From positions 290,960 through 354,959 of the IMG/VR virus record IMGVR_UViG_3300017917_002374: DNA of 64,000 bases; one strand, 5' to 3'. Numbering within the stretch: the first letter of the stretch is position 1; every line of letters starts with the position of its first letter. Below the pieces are notes generated by a model, which worked only from the letters and a program-made list of their open reading frames with translations, ran no database searches and was not told the origin of the DNA. A program made the translations under genes and the position numbers. Positions 56,919 through 64,000 of this stretch are shown piece by piece.

Positions 56919-57420
56919 ACACCTGGCCTATCGCATGGCCGAAGCACAAGTTGTAGAAAATCTTTTAAACTATTATCTAACCTGGTGGACCAAGCAAGAA
57001 ATACAAAATCTTGTAAAACAAGGAGACCTGGTAATTCTTCCGTTGGAAAACGACGGACTGCAAGTAGCACATTTTAAAATTTTACCAGATCATAAAATAT
57101 GGAAAGTGGTAAATGCTAAAAGCAGTCGTGAGTTGTGTTTTAATGAAAAGCTCTGCGCATTGTTCTACTGTTTGTACGAGCACAAAAAAATGTATCGTAG
57201 CAGCGCAGAACTGCTGTTGCAAGACACACTGCTGGGCAAGCTAGAAAACGACGAGCAATTTTATAGGCATAAGTATACGATAGCTCTAAAAAAGCAAGAT
57301 CGTTTCAAGCAAGATCTATGGGAAGCACGTTTGAGTTACACAACACCACACGTGAATCTAGCTAGAGAACAATTGCAGAAAATGATCAAAAGAGCTAAAT
57401 ACATTAAAATTTGGGACTAA
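56860..57420 (+). CDS. hypothetical late protein
   Basis: Fills the gap between coupled genes; exact start uncertain (possibly ATG 56887). Confidence 0.65.
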   Translation: MYFIVKIKMAKSRTSKKRIKHLAYRMAEAQVVENLLNYYLTWWTKQEIQNLVKQGDLVILPLENDGLQVAHFKILPDHKIWKVVNAKSSRELCFNEKLCALFYCLYEHKKMYRSSAELLLQDTLLGKLENDEQFYRHKYTIALKKQDRFKQDLWEARLSYTTPHVNLAREQLQKMIKRAKYIKIWD

Positions 57421-57424
57421 CACC

Positions 57425-58111
57425 ATGCGATTACAAGAATTAGGCGGCAAAATTTCAGCCAAACGTATTAACAAAATCAACGAAAGTCGTTTTGGCTTTA
57501 ATATTGATTTTGACAAACTCACTGTAGCCAAAGCCAAGGTTTTGGTACGTGCTCTAAGTGAAAACCTAGACCGACTGCGTCGTAGCTACGGACTGCACAC
57601 AGCAGAAAAAAATCCAAAGTACATGGAAATGCTCATGGTACGTGAAGGACTGTCACGCTGGGTAGAAGAGCGTCGCGCTCTTACTGAAAGCGAAATGGGC
57701 AAGAGTGAAGCTATTCTTGCTGCCAAAGACATGGTGGACAGCATCCAGGACATGATTGAAGATGTAAGTCGCATGCAGAATGAACAGATGCCTGCACTGA
57801 TTGATACCATTCGTGATCAGATTGGCAGTGAGCAAGCAGACATGTTCAAACAACAGGTTGGCGGCGTGCTGGGCACAATCCTGCAACAGCTTACCGATGC
57901 ACGTGAACAAACAGACAATGCTGCACGTGGATTGGCTGGCGAAGGCTCTCCTGACATGGGCATGGGCGGTGCAGACATGGGTGCTATGCCTGGCGCAGCA
58001 CCTGCAATGGGTCCAGACAGTGACCTTGACAGTGAAATTCCTGGCGACGAGTTTGCCGCAACAGATGCTGCCGCAGGCGGTGATTTAGGCCTAGGCAGAG
58101 AAAAGCGATAA
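57425..58111 (+). CDS. prohead core/scaffold-like protein (putative)
   Basis: CTAAATA box at 57395-57401; MRLQEL start; helical body and acidic Gly/Met-rich tail. Confidence 0.45.
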   Translation: MRLQELGGKISAKRINKINESRFGFNIDFDKLTVAKAKVLVRALSENLDRLRRSYGLHTAEKNPKYMEMLMVREGLSRWVEERRALTESEMGKSEAILAAKDMVDSIQDMIEDVSRMQNEQMPALIDTIRDQIGSEQADMFKQQVGGVLGTILQQLTDAREQTDNAARGLAGEGSPDMGMGGADMGAMPGAAPAMGPDSDLDSEIPGDEFAATDAAAGGDLGLGREKR

Positions 58112-58112
58112 A

Positions 58113-58493
58113 ATGCTAATCCGTGAGTTGCACGAAAGCACAGATGGTGATGCTAACCTCATCACCATTTTGCAATTTTTACGCAACAGAAGTCATAATA
58201 AAAAAATCACTCCAACAATCAGCACACAAAGTTTGATCAACATGGTCAAAAATCAAGGTGGTTCCGAATGGTTCACCTACGACAATCTAGTAGCAGCACA
58301 AACAGCCAACCCAGCAGTGGCTGGATTGATCAAAAGTCTAGACAATGAAAAAGTCACACTAAACGGTTTTGGTGATGAAATTGATGCTAGTGAAGTAGAC
58401 AAAGCACAGGCTAGCAAGAATCAAGCCAAAATGCCAGATCCACAAAAAACAGTCAAGGCCATGGCCAAACGAGCTGCTTCTAATCGCTCTTAA
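58113..58493 (+). CDS. hypothetical late protein
   Basis: MLIRELHES start; V..MAKRA C-terminus. Confidence 0.7.
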   Translation: MLIRELHESTDGDANLITILQFLRNRSHNKKITPTISTQSLINMVKNQGGSEWFTYDNLVAAQTANPAVAGLIKSLDNEKVTLNGFGDEIDASEVDKAQASKNQAKMPDPQKTVKAMAKRAASNRS

Positions 58494-58543
58494 TCCTTGC
58501 TCATAGCAAATAAATACAGTATAATTTTTACTGAGGAAAAATT

Positions 58544-58936
58544 ATGGCGTATTCTGGTCAAGTGTTAGATCATTATGAAAATCCAAGAAACGTAGGTAAA
58601 CTGGACAAGAGTGATCCCAGTGTGGGTACTGGTCTAGTGGGTGCACCTGCTTGTGGTGATGTACTGCAACTGCAAATCAAAGTAGAAGATGAGATAATCA
58701 CAGATGCCAAATTCAAGACATATGGTTGCGGGTCGGCGATTGCAAGTTCGTCGTTGGTCACTACGTGGCTTAAAGGAAAGAGTCTTAATGAAGCGGAAGC
58801 GATCAAGAACACGCACATTGCGGAAGAACTCGCGCTACCTCCGGTTAAAATCCATTGTAGTATTTTAGCCGAAGATGCGATCAAAGCAGCACTAGCAGAC
58901 TACAAACAAAAACAACAACAAGGAGCTCTAACATGA
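58544..58936 (+). CDS. iscU: Fe-S cluster scaffold IscU
   Basis: MAYS..V.DHYENPRNVG, PACGD, KTYGCGSAIASSS, LPPVKIHCS.LAEDA. Confidence 0.96.
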   Translation: MAYSGQVLDHYENPRNVGKLDKSDPSVGTGLVGAPACGDVLQLQIKVEDEIITDAKFKTYGCGSAIASSSLVTTWLKGKSLNEAEAIKNTHIAEELALPPVKIHCSILAEDAIKAALADYKQKQQQGALT

Positions 58937-59484
58937 AACAAATGATCGATAAAGCCACAGGAAAAACTCTTACACGCAGCGAAGCAGAAGCCAAAATCAA
59001 AGACAAGGCAGGCTGGGTAATCACTGTGATTGCGTTACTACTAGCAGTAAACACATATCTTGCCAACGGCTACAGCAGCAAGGTTCTCAACAACACCATT
59101 GCAGCCAACAATGTGTGGGCATTCTATCAGGCTAAAAGTATCAAACAAACTCTAGCTGAACAAAGTCTTGATGATGCAATTGCCAGAGGCGACAAGGCCA
59201 AGGTAGAAAAACTCAAAGCCAAGATTGAAAGATATGAAAGCGATCCGGAAAAAGGCGAAGGCAAGAAGGAACTAATGGCCAAAGCCAAAGGACACGAAGC
59301 AGATCGTGATAGAGCCAAACAACACGGACCTTGGATGACATTTGCAGGCACTAGCTATCAGTTGGCAATTGTGTTATTATCAGCAAGCATACTTGCTGTG
59401 AGCATGAGCATGTTTTGGGCCAGCATTGGTGTGGCTGGTATTGGAGCACTGCTGATGAGTCAAGGTATCTGGCTTTGGTTATAA
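58933..59484 (+). CDS. DUF4337-like membrane protein
   Basis: W.FYQAKSIKQ motif; three hydrophobic segments. Confidence 0.75.
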   Translation: MKQMIDKATGKTLTRSEAEAKIKDKAGWVITVIALLLAVNTYLANGYSSKVLNNTIAANNVWAFYQAKSIKQTLAEQSLDDAIARGDKAKVEKLKAKIERYESDPEKGEGKKELMAKAKGHEADRDRAKQHGPWMTFAGTSYQLAIVLLSASILAVSMSMFWASIGVAGIGALLMSQGIWLWL

Positions 59485-59657
59485 AAAGTCCATGTCAGAA
59501 CGTTTGCATCTTGAATCGTGATAAAGTATGCATAGGTTGTAAAAGAAACATTGATGAAATTGCCATGTGGACCAAGTTCAGCAGTATTGAAAAACAAAGT
59601 GTATTAAACAAAATCAATGATAAACCTAACCGAAAGAGCTGCAAAAAAAGTCGTTAG
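59475..59657 (+). CDS. DUF1289-like four-Cys small protein
   Basis: SPCQNVC...CIGCKR..DEI..W; probable TTG start at 59475; ends in TAG. Confidence 0.75.
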   Translation: MVIKSPCQNVCILNRDKVCIGCKRNIDEIAMWTKFSSIEKQSVLNKINDKPNRKSCKKSR

Positions 59658-59943
59658 AAGTATTGAAACACGAGGCAAAGGCGTGGGCATACGCATTGGT
59701 GTAAAAACCACTGGTTGCTCGGGCCTTGCCTATGTGTTAGAATACATGGACTCTGTTCCGGTCACACGTGATTGGTTCAAGTACGAAAGCAACGGCGCCA
59801 CGGTCTGGGTTAACGGCAAAGATCATGTGTACGTAGACGGGCTTGAAGTAGACTATGTAAGACAAGGACTCAACGAAGGCTTTGAGTTCCGTAATCCAAA
59901 AGAACGCGATCGTTGTGGTTGCGGCCAAAGTTTTCGAATCTAA
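59617..59943 (+). CDS. iscA: Fe-S carrier IscA/HesB family
   Basis: GVKTTGCSGLAY, F.NP.E..RCGCG.SF. Confidence 0.93.
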   Translation: MINLTERAAKKVVRSIETRGKGVGIRIGVKTTGCSGLAYVLEYMDSVPVTRDWFKYESNGATVWVNGKDHVYVDGLEVDYVRQGLNEGFEFRNPKERDRCGCGQSFRI

Positions 59944-59944
59944 A

Positions 59945-60655
59945 ATGATAACTCAAAAATTTAATTATGCTCCTCTAGATAGAACCACACTAGAGGGTAA
60001 AAGACACTATTGTCTTCCAGACGGTACCAAGGTGCCCAGCGTTACTACCATACTAGATCGTACCAAACCTGAAGAAGCCAAAAAGAAATTGCAAGAATGG
60101 AAGAATCGCGTGGGCGTGGAACGTGCGCAACAGATCACCACAGAAGCTGCCAATCGCGGCACCAGAATGCATGCTTATCTTGAAAGCTACATTCTACAAG
60201 ATGACATGAAACCCTTGCCCACAAATCCCTACGCACACCCCAGCTGGTTCATGGCAGCAGAAGTTATTCTCAAGGGCTTGGTGCATGTAGACGAATTTTG
60301 GGGCACAGAAGTTCCTGTGTACTACAGTGGACTATATGCGGGCACCACAGACTGTGTGGGCGTGTGGAAAGGCAAACCCGCTATCATGGATTTCAAGCAA
60401 ACCAACAAGCCTAAAAAGAGAGAGTGGATTGAAGACTACTTTTTGCAACTGGCAGCCTATGCAGAAGCACATAATGACACACATGGTACAGACATACAGC
60501 ATGGAGTTATTTTGATGTGCGCACAGCCTAAACAGGCAGAAAACGGTGACTATTTGACGCCAGAATACCAGGAATTTGAAGTCACAAGGGACGAATTTGC
60601 ACACTGGCGCGAGGAGTGGCTCAAGCGAGTAGAGCTATACTACCTGATGAGCTAA
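59945..60655 (+). CDS. PD-(D/E)xK exonuclease
   Basis: PSVTTIL, RGTRMH, E...YAGTTD...MDFKQ, YFLQLAAYA. Confidence 0.85.
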   Translation: MITQKFNYAPLDRTTLEGKRHYCLPDGTKVPSVTTILDRTKPEEAKKKLQEWKNRVGVERAQQITTEAANRGTRMHAYLESYILQDDMKPLPTNPYAHPSWFMAAEVILKGLVHVDEFWGTEVPVYYSGLYAGTTDCVGVWKGKPAIMDFKQTNKPKKREWIEDYFLQLAAYAEAHNDTHGTDIQHGVILMCAQPKQAENGDYLTPEYQEFEVTRDEFAHWREEWLKRVELYYLMS

Positions 60656-60681
60656 ATACTCTAAACGAGGATTTTTAGCAA

Positions 60682-62307
60682 ATGGCAATCGTCCAGATAT
60701 CAAGAATTCAGCACCGCAAAGGGCTACAACAAGATCTACCGCAGCTGGCTTCAGCAGAACTGGGTTGGAGCGTAGACACACGTCAGCTGTACATAGGCAA
60801 CGGTACTATCACAGAAGGCGCACCCACAGAAGGTGTGACAGAAATTCTAACAGAATTCAGCGATCTGTTGAATATTGGTAACCAGTACATATTCAAAGGC
60901 AGTCAGTCTGGATACACTTCACAAACTGGAGCAACAACACTGGCTCCGATCACACGCACTCTACAGCAAAAACTTGATGACACTGTGAGTGTAAGAGATT
61001 TTGGTGCAGTAGGCGATGGAGTTACAGATGATACTTCGGCCATACAACGAGCCATTGATGAAATTGTGTTTGGTAGTTTTGCGCTGAATCAATCGCGTCT
61101 GAGAAGAAGAATTCATTTTGCAGCAGGAACATATATCATCAGTTCCAGTTTAAAACTACCATCGTATGTGACCTTGGTTGGAGCAGGATTAGAAAAAACA
61201 ATATTACAGACTAGCTCGGCTATATCGCCTCTCATGCAATTAAAAGACAGTTCCACTCAAGTGGATGGTGCATATGGCACACTGGGAGCTCAAACAGCCA
61301 AATATATCAACATACAGGACATGACTCTAGAGCACCAAGGTTCAAAAAATATTGTGCAGTTAGATAGTGTGGACAATGTGAACTTCACACGAGTGTTGTT
61401 CAAGGGAGGGCAGTCTGCACCAAACAGCACCAGCACTGTGTTACAAAATGCGGTGTATGCTGTGCCAACTGATTCAACAAAAGACGTAAACAATATCACT
61501 TTTGTTGATTGTGTGGTCACACGCTGCACACAGGGCCTGGTGCTGTGCGCCAACAACGTGAAAATAATTGGCTGCGATATCAGCACTGTGAGCCGAGGTG
61601 TTTGGGTTGATGCTACTCTGAGTGCAGGCGCTGAATGCAAAAATATCAAAATAGCCAGTTGTGCGTTTGAAAACATAGCCAAGTCAGCGGTGTATGTGGT
61701 AGCTGCATCAGCCACTGCTAGAACCAATGTGATCAGCATTGGTAATTATTTTGGCGAAATAGGAACTGCCTATTCTGGTGCAGGATCAACTTCTGCGCCA
61801 GTGATCAGTTTCAGCGGCAGCGGCAACTACAGTATCAGTGATGCTTTTGAAAGAACTGATGCAGACTCTGCTGTGCATCCTAGAGTGTTTCATGCAGACA
61901 ACAGTATTAACACCAGCATTGATGCAAATGTGGGTGTGACCACTGGCATGATCACAAGAGGTACCGGTAGAGTACTCACTATCGCGTCAGGACAAACAGA
62001 TGCCAACACTGGTATTATTCTCAGTGGAGTCAGCAGCGGATCAGCTTCGGTGCACTACATACTGGAACGACCTGATGCCAGTGCATACCGACACGGAAAA
62101 ATAGATGTGGTGTTTACAGGTACCAATGTTCAATATATTGATGAATACATTGAATATCCTAACAACACTGTGTTTACCTATCCAGGGCCGACTGGAGTAA
62201 CGTTCAGTGTTTCCAGTGTGTCCAGCGGTGTGGCAAAAATTAATTATACCAGTGATGGTAGTGGTGCGGGCACATTAACTTACAGTATTACGAAATTTCA
62301 AATTTAA
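60682..62307 (+). CDS. tail protein with Mtd_N-like start and a pectin-lyase-like beta-helix
   Basis: CTAAATA box at 60652-60658; QISRIQHRKG...ELGWSVD...LYIGNG; VSVRDFGAVGDGVTDDT.AIQRAI. Confidence 0.75.
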   Translation: MAIVQISRIQHRKGLQQDLPQLASAELGWSVDTRQLYIGNGTITEGAPTEGVTEILTEFSDLLNIGNQYIFKGSQSGYTSQTGATTLAPITRTLQQKLDDTVSVRDFGAVGDGVTDDTSAIQRAIDEIVFGSFALNQSRLRRRIHFAAGTYIISSSLKLPSYVTLVGAGLEKTILQTSSAISPLMQLKDSSTQVDGAYGTLGAQTAKYINIQDMTLEHQGSKNIVQLDSVDNVNFTRVLFKGGQSAPNSTSTVLQNAVYAVPTDSTKDVNNITFVDCVVTRCTQGLVLCANNVKIIGCDISTVSRGVWVDATLSAGAECKNIKIASCAFENIAKSAVYVVAASATARTNVISIGNYFGEIGTAYSGAGSTSAPVISFSGSGNYSISDAFERTDADSAVHPRVFHADNSINTSIDANVGVTTGMITRGTGRVLTIASGQTDANTGIILSGVSSGSASVHYILERPDASAYRHGKIDVVFTGTNVQYIDEYIEYPNNTVFTYPGPTGVTFSVSSVSSGVAKINYTSDGSGAGTLTYSITKFQI

Positions 62308-62314
62308 CTAATGT

Positions 62315-62764
62315 ATGTGGAAGTTAAATCCTGATGGTCGGCTTGACCACTGGAAGTCTTTTAGATCTCGTATTGGATCAATGGATTTGGATCAAGCCAT
62401 TCAAGAGTGTAATGACTTTTGGCAAAGAGCTCCATTCACTCCGTTTTATCTTGATCACAAAGAAATTGATTCTTGGCCCAATCCGTGGCAACTAATTTAT
62501 GAAAACTGCTACTGCGATCTTGCAAAAGCATTGGGCATAGTGTATACTCTACATCTAAGTGCGCATAGAAGCAGCGTTGATCTAGCCATTCATATCTGTC
62601 AAGATACCGAATCCAGAGCACAGTATAATTTAGTTTGGATCAATCAGGGAAAATATGTTCTTAATTTTATTTCGGACGAAGTTGTAAATAGAACACAAGT
62701 ACCAAGCAGCATAAAAACATTATTCAAACTTTCTAGCGAAGATTTGAATCTAGATAACTATTAG
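62315..62764 (+). CDS. hypothetical phage protein
   Basis: 149-aa ORF, WPNPWQLI..N.YC motif; ends in TAG. Confidence 0.7.
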   Translation: MWKLNPDGRLDHWKSFRSRIGSMDLDQAIQECNDFWQRAPFTPFYLDHKEIDSWPNPWQLIYENCYCDLAKALGIVYTLHLSAHRSSVDLAIHICQDTESRAQYNLVWINQGKYVLNFISDEVVNRTQVPSSIKTLFKLSSEDLNLDNY

Positions 62765-62780
62765 TCAATCGGGAATATCA

Positions 62781-64000
62781 ATGAGTCAAATACAAGTCAC
62801 CAAAAGAGATGGCAATCGAGAACAATTAGATTTAGAAAAGTTACACAAGGTCGTGTTCTGGGCCACAGAAGGAATCACAGGCGTTAGTGCCAGTGAAGTA
62901 GAAATTAAAAGTCACATACAGTTTTACAATGGAATAAAAACAGCAGACATTCAAGAAACACTAATCAAAAGTGCTGCTGATCTAATCACAGAAGACACTC
63001 CTAACTATCAATACGTGGCCGGCAGGCTGATATGTTACCATCTGCGCAAACAAGTGTATGGACGCTATGAGCCATGGCCCCTGCTGGACCTCGTTCGTAA
63101 AAATGTGGAGGCTGGATTTTACGATGCAGGCCTTCTCGCCGCTTATTCAGAAGAAGAATGGAATAAACTAGATTCTTATATTCATCACGAACGTGACGAG
63201 AGCTTTACCTACGTGGCCATGGAACAATGGCGTGGCAAGTACCTGGTACAAAATCGTGTTACTAACGAAATATTTGAAACACCACAGGTAGCCTACTTAT
63301 TAATTGCAGCAACACTATTTCAAAATTATACCAAAGAAACAAGATTACAATGGGTAAAGGATTACTATGATTCTATCAGCCTTCATGATATTTCTTTGCC
63401 TACTCCTGTCATGGCTGGTGTACGCACTCCGCAAAAACAGTTCTCTAGTTGTGTCCTCATTGAGACCGACGATAGCCTGGATAGCATTAATGCTACTACC
63501 AGCAGTATTGTTAAATATGTTAGCCAAAAAGCCGGAATTGGCATTGGCGGCGGAAGAATACGTGCCCTTGGAAGTCCCATACGTAACGGTGATGCTTACC
63601 ACACCGGCGTTATACCCTTTTACAAGCTGTTTCAGAGTGCTACCAGAAGTTGTAGCCAAGGAGGTGTCCGCAATGGAGCCGCTACCTTGTATTACCCGAT
63701 ATGGCACTACGAGATTGAGGATTTGATTGTTCTCAAGAACAACAAAGGCACAGAAGACAATCGTGTGCGTCAAATGGATTATGGCGTACAATTTAACAAG
63801 TTGATGTATGAGAGACTGATCACAGGTGGCGACATTACCTGTTTTAGCCCTCACGATGTACCTGAGCTGTACTCTGCATTTTTCAATGATCAAGATCGAT
63901 TCAAAGAGCTTTATGAGCGAGCAGAGCGTAATACCAAGCTGAGAAAGAAAACTTTCAAGGCTGCTGATTTGTTTAGTAGATTCATGCAGGAACGCAAAGA
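62781..64000 (+). CDS. nrdA: class Ia ribonucleotide reductase alpha subunit, 3'-truncated by the window (absent from ORF track)
   Basis: My translation: MSQIQVTKRDG ATP cone, PNYQYVAGRL, PTPVMAGVRT..KQFSSCVLI, CSQGGVRNG. Confidence 0.96.
   Translation, partial: MSQIQVTKRDGNREQLDLEKLHKVVFWATEGITGVSASEVEIKSHIQFYNGIKTADIQETLIKSAADLITEDTPNYQYVAGRLICYHLRKQVYGRYEPWPLLDLVRKNVEAGFYDAGLLAAYSEEEWNKLDSYIHHERDESFTYVAMEQWRGKYLVQNRVTNEIFETPQVAYLLIAATLFQNYTKETRLQWVKDYYDSISLHDISLPTPVMAGVRTPQKQFSSCVLIETDDSLDSINATTSSIVKYVSQKAGIGIGGGRIRALGSPIRNGDAYHTGVIPFYKLFQSATRSCSQGGVRNGAATLYYPIWHYEIEDLIVLKNNKGTEDNRVRQMDYGVQFNKLMYERLITGGDITCFSPHDVPELYSAFFNDQDRFKELYERAERNTKLRKKTFKAADLFSRFMQERK

Noticed and set aside
62762-62783. 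TAG readthrough fusing the 62315 gene to nrdA
   Set aside because: The nrdA ATG (62781) is not in frame with the TAG at 62762-64.
63345-63893. ORFs 63345-63893(-) and 63367-63726(+)
   Set aside because: They overlap nrdA, which starts at 62781 in another frame and runs off the window.
1-64000. Genome-wide TAG reassignment (code 15)
   Set aside because: ORFs of up to 1425 aa and all core genes are intact in code 11, and at least eight genes end at TAG. Only one internal TAG (27516-18) was found.

Overview
This window is about 64 kb of a large, T4-like lytic tailed phage genome, almost entirely on the + strand and readable with the standard genetic code. The host is probably an aquatic proteobacterium (inferred from the nrdA, iscU/iscA and sigma70 promoter types). 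In order it contains: two tRNAs plus split ADP-heptose (HldA/HldC-like) genes; a 20-kb block of giant tail-fibre and adhesin genes (Mtd_N-like heads, collagen, beta-propeller, LamG, TGALVVxGGxG repeats); a tRNA array with small accessory genes; a sugar-nucleotide and glycan modification cluster; early genes behind strong sigma70 promoters; a replication module (UvsW-like helicase, clamp-loader-like subunit, mini-DnaE, primase, DnaB-like helicase); late, probably head-internal proteins including two nucleotidyltransferase-fold enzymes; Fe-S assembly genes; and the 5' part of nrdA. The top finding is an amber-suppressor tRNA (anticodon CUA, 27266-27339). It is followed by a structured spacer and then by a gene whose Shine-Dalgarno-led start reads ATG-TCA-TAG, an in-frame amber at codon 3 that the ORF track misses. 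This looks like a locally suppressor-gated gene in a genome that otherwise still uses TAG as stop. Also notable are two structured non-coding segments in the tRNA array, an initiator-like tRNA lacking the three anticodon-stem G-C pairs, many apparently leaderless genes, a 196-aa DnaE-like protein keeping all three catalytic aspartates, and a palindromic motif repeated upstream of two early promoters. No database searches were run; family names come from motif recognition.
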